Origin: a bacterium
GTDB taxonomy: Bacteria; Actinomycetota; Coriobacteriia; Coriobacteriales; Eggerthellaceae
Assembly: GCA_963588595.1 (NCBI GenBank)
Contig: CAVAIA010000054.1
Location: 3,067-67,066, forward strand
DNA length: 64,000 nucleotides
Reading direction: 5' to 3'
Of the stretch, positions 56,983 through 64,000 are shown piece by piece. Each line of letters begins with the position of its first letter. Position 1 is the first letter of the stretch. The notes beneath the pieces were generated by a model. That model saw nothing but the letters and a program-made list of their open reading frames with translations. It did no database searches and was not told the DNA's origin. The position numbers and the translations under genes are program-made.

Positions 56983-58122
56983 ATGAATGACATTTTTTCT
57001 TCTATATTAGGGCAAAGTCAAGTTAGAGATTTTCTTCGCAGAAGCATTAGAGGGAAGCGCATTTCTCAAAGCTATTTATTCTTGGGTCCTTGTGGGTCTA
57101 ATAAAACGCAGGCTGCTTATTGTCTTGCGGCGGCTTATCTTTGTGAGGATGAGAGCAAAACTCTTTTAAGCGATTGCAATAAATGCGAAAAATGCAAACA
57201 AATCTTTAAAAGAAGACATCCAGATGTTAAGTATTATGCTCCAGAAGGGCAAAATGGCTATCTTGTCAGCCAAATAAGAGAGTTAATTCACGATTGTGAG
57301 CTTCGTCCAAATGAAGGCGATAAAAAAGTTTACATAATCGATCGCGTTGACACTCTTGGACAGAGCGCTGCCAACGCTTTTTTAAAGACGCTAGAAGAGC
57401 CCTCAGAAGGAATACTTTTTATACTTTTGGGAAGAACTGCTGATGGGGTCTTGCAAACAATCCGATCTAGAACTGAGATAGTTCCCTTTCGTCACATTCC
57501 TCCTGAGGAGGCGCAAAAAATAATAGTCCAAAACACGGGATGCGACATAGATAGAGCAAAAATAGCTTTAGTTTGTTCAGGGAATTCAATTTCAAAAGCG
57601 ATAGAAATTTTGAGATCTCAAACGAGCGGAGTTTTAGCTTTAAGGCAGCAACTTGTTTCTTGTTGTCTTGAGTGTGCAAATGCTAGCGATTGGGAAGTGC
57701 TTAAGGAGGCAAAGAGAATAGTTGAGCTTTTAGGCGCGCAAACGGATGCTTATAAAAAACAATTAGAAGAAAAAGATGCGACTGGTGAAGATTTTTTAAG
57801 CTCATCTGCAAAAAAGGAAATTAAGTCGCAAGGAACAAGGAAGCAAAAGTCAAAAGTTTTAGAAAATTTGAGTATGTTCGCAAACATCGTTGTCAGCATT
57901 TTAAGAGATTGCGTGAACATAAATTGCGGGAATCTGGAGATTGTTAATTCGGATTTCGCCGAAAGAATCAATGCGATTTCTCCGAAAACAACTTATAAAT
58001 CATCATTTTTAGCAATCGAGAGGATTGAGGACGTTGTCAAAACCATGACTTATAATGTTAGTCATGAAACGTGCATAGATGTGATTCTTCTAGAGTTTAA
58101 AGGAGCATTTAAACAAAATTGA
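56983..58122 (+). CDS. holB: DNA polymerase III subunit delta-prime
   Basis: ILGQSQV...SQSYLFLGPCGSNKT, Cys-rich insert CNKCEKC, and the clamp-loader box-VII-like SRTEIVPF motif. The in-frame ATG 56962 is an alternative start. Confidence 0.85.
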   Translation: MNDIFSSILGQSQVRDFLRRSIRGKRISQSYLFLGPCGSNKTQAAYCLAAAYLCEDESKTLLSDCNKCEKCKQIFKRRHPDVKYYAPEGQNGYLVSQIRELIHDCELRPNEGDKKVYIIDRVDTLGQSAANAFLKTLEEPSEGILFILLGRTADGVLQTIRSRTEIVPFRHIPPEEAQKIIVQNTGCDIDRAKIALVCSGNSISKAIEILRSQTSGVLALRQQLVSCCLECANASDWEVLKEAKRIVELLGAQTDAYKKQLEEKDATGEDFLSSSAKKEIKSQGTRKQKSKVLENLSMFANIVVSILRDCVNINCGNLEIVNSDFAERINAISPKTTYKSSFLAIERIEDVVKTMTYNVSHETCIDVILLEFKGAFKQN

Positions 58123-59123
58123 GTTTTATAGATGAAATTTCAGATCCTGAGAAGGAAGAAAAAGAAGCTCATGCGCTTGAGGTTTTCAAAGAGTTAGCTA
58201 AAGAATGTGACGAGGGAATGATTCCTCGTTTTGTAAGTTATCGCGATGATTTGCATAAGGCAACTTTTTATTATTTCAGCGACCATAGAGTGGATTTTAG
58301 GGAACTTGTTAAGGAACTTTCCTCCAAGCTCTCAATTTCTGTTGAGATGAGGCAAATCAACGAGAGAGAGCAAGCATCCCTCATCGGTGGGATTGGACCT
58401 TGCGGACAAGAGCTTTGTTGTTGCAAAATGAAGGAGGGTTGTTGCAAAAAAAATGCAACTATTAAGATGGCTAAGAACCAAGACCTTTCTTTGAATCCAA
58501 CAAAAATAAGTGGCATGTGCGGCAGATTGATGTGCTGTTTGAGATTTGAAGATGACTATTATAAGGAATTTAAATCTCGCGCTCCAAAGGTTAATTCCTT
58601 CGTTAAAACTCCAGATGGTGACGGAAAAGTCATAGGACAAGATGCGTTGCATGAAACGATAACATTGCGGGTGGACGAGGATAAACCAAGAAAAATCAAG
58701 CTTGACGAATTGGAAGCTAACAAAAAAGGAGACGGTGGTTTTGCTGTTGGAAAAAAGGCTTGGGACAAAGCTGAAAATTCGATGGACAACATAAAGAAGA
58801 GCGCAGCGAATGTGACGATTGACACTTCTCTTTTCACTGGGACTGATAGAGTGGCGAACGCACGTGATGTTAAGTTAGCAGACAAACCAAGACCCACCAG
58901 AAGGAGAGGCGATCTTAGGAGGAAGAGAAAGGACAGAAAGCAAAGGAGGTCATCGAGATCTTCTGTTTCGTTTAGCTCTCCAAAGACTGCAAGTCGCCCC
59001 GGCGGAAATTCGAGCGCAACAAAGCTTTCGAGTCCGAAAACTATAACTAGACCGAAAAAAGAAAATAGAGAAGGTGCAAAACTTAAAAAACGCAGGACGA
59101 GAAAAATTTCAGGTTCTAAATAG
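58119..59123 (+). CDS. PSP1-domain protein (RicT/YaaT-like), short N-terminus, R/K/S-rich C-terminal tail
   Basis: FSDHRVDFRELVKELSS...EMRQINEREQASLIGGIGPCGQELCCC...SGMCGRLMCCLRFE. TTG start overlaps the holB stop. Confidence 0.8.
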   Translation: MSFIDEISDPEKEEKEAHALEVFKELAKECDEGMIPRFVSYRDDLHKATFYYFSDHRVDFRELVKELSSKLSISVEMRQINEREQASLIGGIGPCGQELCCCKMKEGCCKKNATIKMAKNQDLSLNPTKISGMCGRLMCCLRFEDDYYKEFKSRAPKVNSFVKTPDGDGKVIGQDALHETITLRVDEDKPRKIKLDELEANKKGDGGFAVGKKAWDKAENSMDNIKKSAANVTIDTSLFTGTDRVANARDVKLADKPRPTRRRGDLRRKRKDRKQRRSSRSSVSFSSPKTASRPGGNSSATKLSSPKTITRPKKENREGAKLKKRRTRKISGSK

Positions 59124-59135
59124 AAAGGCTTGAAA

Positions 59136-60572
59136 ATGAGCGATCATTTGGGTCTCTACACTGATCTTTATCAATTAACGATGGCGCAAGGCTACTTTCT
59201 TGAAGGAGCTTCAAACAAAATTGCGTCGTTTTCGATGAATTTTAGAAAACTTCCATTTAAAGGTGGATATGCAATTTTTTGTGGCAGTGATTCACTTTTA
59301 AATTTGATTAAAAATTTTAAATTCAATGAGGAAGACATCTCTTATCTAAAAGAGCTAGAGGCGCCTTATGGAGGAAGATTGTTCGAGGATTCATTCCTTG
59401 ACTATCTTTTGAATTTTGAAATGAAGGTTGATGTTTTGGCTCCTAAGGAAGGCTCTATTGTTTTCCCTTATGAGCCAATTGTTAGAGTTGACGGGCCTAT
59501 CATCGATTGTCAATTGATTGAAACTGCTCTTCTAAATTGTATAAATTTTCAAACGCTTGCTGCAACAAAAGCGATGCGAATTTCATCCGCTGCTAAGGGA
59601 AGAGCGGTTGCCGAGTTTGGGCTTCGCAGGGCTCAAGGGACAGGCTCGATGTGGGCTGCGAAAGCTTCCTATGTTGGCGGTTTTTCTTCAACGTCCAACG
59701 TTTTAGCAGGAAAAAAGTTTGGAATTCCAGTAAGTGGCACTCACGCTCATTCGTGGGTTATGTCCTTCGATAGCGAATTAGAAGCCTTTAGAAAATATGC
59801 TGAACTTTTTCCTAAGAACTGCACTCTTTTGATTGACACCTATTCAGTCGACGAAGGGATCAAAAATGCGATTATTGTCGCCCATGAAATGGAGGAAAAG
59901 GGCGAGAAGATGTCGGCAGTCAGAATCGATTCAGGCGATCTAACGTGGGAGAGCAGGAAGGTTAGAAAAAAGCTTGACGACGAGGGTCTTAACTACGTTG
60001 GAATAGTTCTTTCGAATGACTTGGACGAGTATAAAATTGAATCAATTTTAAATGAAGGAGCTCAAGTTAACGCCTTTGGCGTTGGAACTAAATTTGCTTG
60101 TTGCTATGACCAGCCAACTTTAGGTGGCGTTTACAAGCTTAACGCAGTCAAGGAGGCAAATGGCGACAAAGAAAGTTGGACGCCGAAGATGAAAGTTTCT
60201 GAGTCTCCTGAAAAAACAACTGTGCCAGGGATTTTAAACGTTAAGCGTTTTTATGATGAGGCAGGAAAAGTTGCGGGGGACATGGTGTATGACGAAGAGC
60301 AAGGAATAGTCGATTGCACGATTGTTGACCCTATCAATCACATAAAAAATAAGAAATTGTGTGGGATGCAAAGCAAGACGTTGCTGCGTCCTATAATGCG
60401 AGCAGGAAAAAGAATTGAAAGTTGGACAGTTGACGATGCGCGCAAGTGGGCGAATGCCTCCTATGACAATCTTGATTATTCGAGAAAGAGAAACCTCTAT
60501 CCTCACATCTATCCTGTTGGACTTGAACTTAACTTAAGTCTAAAAAGAGATGATATGATTAAAAGATCATAA
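59136..60572 (+). CDS. pncB: Nicotinate phosphoribosyltransferase
   Basis: LYTDLYQLTMAQGYF, EFGLRRAQG, GTHAHSWV. ATG 59136 follows gaaagg (the track starts at TTG 59130). Confidence 0.9.
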   Translation: MSDHLGLYTDLYQLTMAQGYFLEGASNKIASFSMNFRKLPFKGGYAIFCGSDSLLNLIKNFKFNEEDISYLKELEAPYGGRLFEDSFLDYLLNFEMKVDVLAPKEGSIVFPYEPIVRVDGPIIDCQLIETALLNCINFQTLAATKAMRISSAAKGRAVAEFGLRRAQGTGSMWAAKASYVGGFSSTSNVLAGKKFGIPVSGTHAHSWVMSFDSELEAFRKYAELFPKNCTLLIDTYSVDEGIKNAIIVAHEMEEKGEKMSAVRIDSGDLTWESRKVRKKLDDEGLNYVGIVLSNDLDEYKIESILNEGAQVNAFGVGTKFACCYDQPTLGGVYKLNAVKEANGDKESWTPKMKVSESPEKTTVPGILNVKRFYDEAGKVAGDMVYDEEQGIVDCTIVDPINHIKNKKLCGMQSKTLLRPIMRAGKRIESWTVDDARKWANASYDNLDYSRKRNLYPHIYPVGLELNLSLKRDDMIKRS

Positions 60573-60617
60573 AGTTAGTTTTTTTCATTAGCCAAATCGA
60601 GTTTTTAAGGAGGAAAA

Positions 60618-61523
60618 GTGATAAGAATTTTGAGCGATTCTGTTTCGACTTCTGACTATTCTAACCTTGAGAATCTTGGCATAGATGTTGTAAGCTTGTC
60701 TGTTACTTATGATGAAAAAAACGAACTTGACACAGAGATGGACATGAAAGCTTTCAATGAGACTTTGGCTTCTAGAAGTGAAAATTTGCCAAGGTCGAGC
60801 CAACCTTCTTTGCTAAGCTTCGAAAAATATTTTAAAGAATGCGCCGAGGCGGGAGATAGCGTCGTTGGCGTTTTTATGTCAACTGTTCTCTCATCAACGC
60901 TCGATAACGCGAGGGCAGCGGCGAGAAACGTTAAGTCAAAATTCAAGGAATTCGAGTGCATGATAGTTGATTCTTTTGCAGCGTGCGGACCTCAATTGTT
61001 TTCTCTTGAAGACGCCAACGATGCAAGGCAGCAAGGCAAGAGTCTTTCTGATATTGCAAAGGCAGCAAAAGAGGGAGTTTTAAACTCCCGCATAATGTTT
61101 TGCCCGGAAGATCTAAATTTTTTAGTGAGCGGTGGCAGACTTTCCAAAGTTAGCGCTAAAGTTGCAAGCAAACTTAAGATTTTTCCTATCATAACGACGA
61201 TTGATGGCAACGCTGAAGCTTTTTGGAAGGTTAGAAGCAAGAATAAGGCTCACGATAAAATGTTCGACGTTTTCGCTAGCGACGTTAAAGATTTTGGTCT
61301 TAAGCGCGTTATAGTTCAATATGCAGGAAAAAAGGGAGATGACCTCGAGAAATTTTTGAAAAGAGTGAAGGACTTTGTCGGTGACATCGAAGTTAAGGTT
61401 GAGTCTGTTAGCCCTGTCATCAGCGTGCATGCAGGACCTGCCATCGGGATTTCATACGAATGTTTTTCTCCGCTTAAGAACAGAGTGAACTCAACAAGTA
61501 AGCAATTAATTTATGAAATTTGA
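60618..61523 (+). CDS. DegV family fatty-acid-binding protein (paralog 1)
   Basis: DegV pattern: I.SDS..........LGI.VV.L......E......, SSQPS, GGRLSKV. GTG start after aaggagga. Confidence 0.85.
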   Translation: MIRILSDSVSTSDYSNLENLGIDVVSLSVTYDEKNELDTEMDMKAFNETLASRSENLPRSSQPSLLSFEKYFKECAEAGDSVVGVFMSTVLSSTLDNARAAARNVKSKFKEFECMIVDSFAACGPQLFSLEDANDARQQGKSLSDIAKAAKEGVLNSRIMFCPEDLNFLVSGGRLSKVSAKVASKLKIFPIITTIDGNAEAFWKVRSKNKAHDKMFDVFASDVKDFGLKRVIVQYAGKKGDDLEKFLKRVKDFVGDIEVKVESVSPVISVHAGPAIGISYECFSPLKNRVNSTSKQLIYEI

Positions 61524-61559
61524 TTTTTAGCTTTGAGCAAAAACTAACAGGAGATTTTA

Positions 61560-62483
61560 ATGAGAAAGTGCAATTTAATAATAGACACAACTTGCGACCT
61601 TCCTAGCCAATGTATAGATGTTGAAGGTGTGATTTTAGTACGCGTCCCTTATTCAATCGATGGCGTTGGTTATGAAGACGACATGTTTTGCGAGCAAACG
61701 CCGCATGATTTCTATGAGAAAATGAGAGCTGGAAAATCCCCGATGACCTCGCAGCCTGCGATCCCAACTTTGACAAAAGCTTTTGAGGTCGCAGCAAAAA
61801 CTGGCTTGCCTTCTGTCTATCTTTCTTTCACGAGCGCTTTGTCGGGAACTTATGATTCTGCGTGCATGGTCGCTAAAGAAATCAATGAAAAGAATAGCAA
61901 ATCAGAAATTTTTGTTGTCGATTCAAAATTGCCCTCGATTGCAGAAGGCCTTTTGGTTTTGGAGGCGATAAACCAAATGAATGAGGGACTTAGCGCTCCA
62001 GAGATGGTTGAGTGGGCAGAGGAGACTAGATATTTCGTTGACGCGCTTTTCATGGTTGAGGATTTAGAAACTTTGAAAAGGGGAGGGAGAATTCCTTCAA
62101 CGGCTGCTGTTGCTGGAGCCAAATTAGACGTAAAACCTCTTTTGACGCTTGATGCGGATGGGGGTTTGAAAGTTGCAGGAATTGCGCGCGGGCGCAAGAA
62201 AGGCATTCGCCAACTCGCCAACTACTTCGAAAAGCACTCAAACGTTGGAGCAGGGCAATGTGTTATCGTTGGAGATGCAGATTCAAAGAAGGACAACGAC
62301 AAGCTTCGTGACATGCTTATAAAGCAAAACGAGGCGTTGATAACGATCCAATCAAATGTGGGGCCAGTTATTGGTTCGCACGTCGGTCCTGGTATGCTTG
62401 CATGTTGTTTTTGGGGGCAAGATAGAAGACAAAATATGTCGATTTCCGATCGCATAGCAAAAAAGGTCAAGTCTGGAAACTAA
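61560..62483 (+). CDS. DegV family fatty-acid-binding protein (paralog 2)
   Basis: IIDTTCDLP, TSQPA, LKRGGRIPS, GPVIGSHVGPG. Confidence 0.85.
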   Translation: MRKCNLIIDTTCDLPSQCIDVEGVILVRVPYSIDGVGYEDDMFCEQTPHDFYEKMRAGKSPMTSQPAIPTLTKAFEVAAKTGLPSVYLSFTSALSGTYDSACMVAKEINEKNSKSEIFVVDSKLPSIAEGLLVLEAINQMNEGLSAPEMVEWAEETRYFVDALFMVEDLETLKRGGRIPSTAAVAGAKLDVKPLLTLDADGGLKVAGIARGRKKGIRQLANYFEKHSNVGAGQCVIVGDADSKKDNDKLRDMLIKQNEALITIQSNVGPVIGSHVGPGMLACCFWGQDRRQNMSISDRIAKKVKSGN

Positions 62484-62486
62484 GTT

Positions 62487-63185
62487 ATGGAAATTTGTGA
62501 CTACAAACGCGATTTTATAGAGTTTATGGTTAGGAGCGGCGCTCTTAAATTTGGGGATTTCACGCTCAAAAGTGGCAGAAAATCTCCATATTTCATGAAC
62601 GCAGGAGCCTACGTCAGCGGCTCTCAACTAAAAAAACTTGGTCAATTCTACGCAAGCGCAATAAATGAAACTTTTGGACTTGACTTCGATGTTATCTTTG
62701 GACCCGCTTACAAGGGTATTCCACTTTCAGTTATCACTTCGATTGCTATAAAAGACCTCTTTGATAAAGACGTTAGATATTGTTCAAACCGAAAAGAAGC
62801 AAAGGATCATGGCGAGGCGGGAGCTTTGCTTGGAAGCGAACTTAAAGATGGGGATCGCGTTTTGATCGTTGAGGATGTTACAACCTCGGGCAAGTCAATT
62901 GAAGAGACCTACCCAATTTTAAAATCGATCGCAAACGTTGATGTTATTGGGCTTGAGGTTTCGCTTAATAGGTGTGAGGTCGGAAAGGATAACTCGACCA
63001 CCGCTCTCGACGAGGTTGCTTCAATCTACAACATGAAAACCTCTGCAATAGTGACAATTTATGAAGTTATCGACTACCTTCACAATCGACCTATAGACGG
63101 TGAAGTTGTCATAGACGACAAAATTTTGAATGCTATGCAAAATTATCTTGCCAAGTATGGCGCTTCGCAATATTTTTCTAAATAG
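62487..63185 (+). CDS. pyrE: Orotate phosphoribosyltransferase
   Basis: FGDFTLKSGRKSPYF and PRPP-binding VLIVEDVTTSGKS. Confidence 0.9.
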   Translation: MEICDYKRDFIEFMVRSGALKFGDFTLKSGRKSPYFMNAGAYVSGSQLKKLGQFYASAINETFGLDFDVIFGPAYKGIPLSVITSIAIKDLFDKDVRYCSNRKEAKDHGEAGALLGSELKDGDRVLIVEDVTTSGKSIEETYPILKSIANVDVIGLEVSLNRCEVGKDNSTTALDEVASIYNMKTSAIVTIYEVIDYLHNRPIDGEVVIDDKILNAMQNYLAKYGASQYFSK

Positions 63186-63241
63186 ATTTGCGATAAAAAA
63201 GGTATAATAGTCAAGCGCGATTTTTCGCGAGGTCTTTAAAA

Positions 63242-63316
63242 GCCAGCGTGGCTCAATGGTAGAGCAACTGATTTGTAATCAGTGGGTTGCGGGTTCAATT
63301 CCTGTCGCTGGCTCCA
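63242..63316 (+). tRNA. tRNA-Thr (anticodon UGU), encoded CCA
   Basis: Acceptor gccagcg/cgctggc. Anticodon stem actga/tcagt with loop tt-TGT-aa. TPsiC gggttcaattcc. Confidence 0.9.
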
Positions 63317-63404
63317 TGAAATCCCCAGTATAACAGCAATAAATTTAAAAAATAGAGAAATTAGACAACTTAAAAGAGTTGCCAAAAGTTGCCTAATTAA
63401 AAAA

Positions 63405-64000
63405 TTAGTTGACTTTAAATGGCACTCCTTCATCAATCCAACCGCTCGCGATAAGTGCGTCTCTTTCGTTTGCGTCGGTTGTGAAGAGGTGCTCGCCGTT
63501 GCCTTTGGCGTTGTAGACTCGGTAAACGTCTTTTTGGTCGCCCGCATGAAAAGCGACACCGTCAAGTGCCCATCCAGCGAGAATACATTCTATGACTTCT
63601 AATAATGAAGTCGTTAAGAAGTGGTCGCCGTTGTTGTCATTGCGCAAGCGATAGACGCGCTCGCCGTCGCCCGACTTAAAGACGGCTCCTTCATATTGCC
63701 AGCCATTGTTAACTAGGTATTGCGCTTCGTTAACGTCAGCGGTGAATAGATGAAACCAATTAGAAGTGTTGGCTACCCTATAAACTCCATTTTCGACCGC
63801 CTCAATTTGTGAAGCGCCAAGCGTTGCGCCGTCGCTCGTCCAATGTAGGATACCGTCCCAAGGGTAGTCATAATAGGCGCAAATGTGGGACTCCCAGCCT
63901 GTGGAATCGCCCTCATTTCCATAAGCCGTGCCATTCTCACTAATGCTAAACTCTGCGAGAATGTCGCCCTGTGCGCTTCCGTATGCGCTGGTGCACATTG
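63405..64000 (-). CDS. Cell-wall hydrolase-like protein (partial). It comprises the C-terminal end of a peptidoglycan amidohydrolase/NlpC-P60-like catalytic domain plus three DUF5648-type wall-binding repeats. The N-terminus lies beyond the right edge.
   Basis: GNEGDSTGWESHICAYYDYPWDGILHW resembles the GDQTG.E....Y..YPWD..LR end of amidohydrolase domains. Three repeats of VYR(V/L).N...(W/G/E)(F)HLFT.D..E...L...GW..EG(V/A).F. The Met at 63998 is probably internal. Confidence 0.6.
   Translation of the reverse strand, partial: MCTSAYGSAQGDILAEFSISENGTAYGNEGDSTGWESHICAYYDYPWDGILHWTSDGATLGASQIEAVENGVYRVANTSNWFHLFTADVNEAQYLVNNGWQYEGAVFKSGDGERVYRLRNDNNGDHFLTTSLLEVIECILAGWALDGVAFHAGDQKDVYRVYNAKGNGEHLFTTDANERDALIASGWIDEGVPFKVN

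Noticed and set aside
63236-63602. ORFs 63236..63565 (-) and 63282..63602 (+)
   Set aside because: They overlap tRNA-Thr and the 3' end of the lysin-like gene. The LPLSHAGF ending is the typical spurious translation of a tRNA.
1-64000. CRISPR arrays, IS elements, integrases, reverse transcriptases, restriction-modification or multi-gene defence systems
   Set aside because: None of the six-frame ORFs shows transposase, integrase, Cas, methyltransferase-endonuclease or RT motifs. I found no regularly spaced repeats on reading through the intergenic regions.

Overview
AT-rich Gram-positive chromosomal segment, almost entirely core housekeeping genes. The gene order looks Actinobacteria/Coriobacteriia-like (tig-clpP-clpX-valS; rimP-nusA-infB-rbfA-nrnA-truB-ribF; dgt/dnaG; def-fmt-rsmB; topo-tmk-holB). 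That taxonomic guess comes from synteny only. I support about 57 protein genes and 2 tRNAs (Leu-UAG, Thr-UGU). I also call a few intrinsic terminators, promoters and operator-like palindromes. I found no CRISPR array, rRNA, transposase, integrase or recognisable multi-gene defence island. Non-routine content, in order of interest: (1) a four-gene ATP-driven low-potential reductase module at 7.4-10.1 kb with no known physiological substrate: a double-cubane/2-hydroxyacyl-CoA-dehydratase-like reductase, its activase, a DsrE/YedF-C-like protein and a 2x[4Fe-4S] ferredoxin. (2) A BrnT/BrnA-like toxin-antitoxin cassette bracketed by 30-bp direct repeats between hppA and rnhA. (3) Twin 16-bp palindromes in the feoAB promoter region, and a FeoB with a fused Cys-rich membrane tail. 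(4) A consensus promoter followed by a weak terminator in the rimP-nusA-infB leader. (5) A Topo III/archaeal-signature type IA topoisomerase sitting in the topA slot. (6) tRNA-Thr followed by a lysin-like protein at the right edge, possibly a prophage boundary. There is also a second TA pair (RelB/DinJ-YafQ), a kinase-less ribF, an orphan hypF-hypC pair and several orphan membrane proteins. All family assignments rest on motif recognition by eye. No database search was run.
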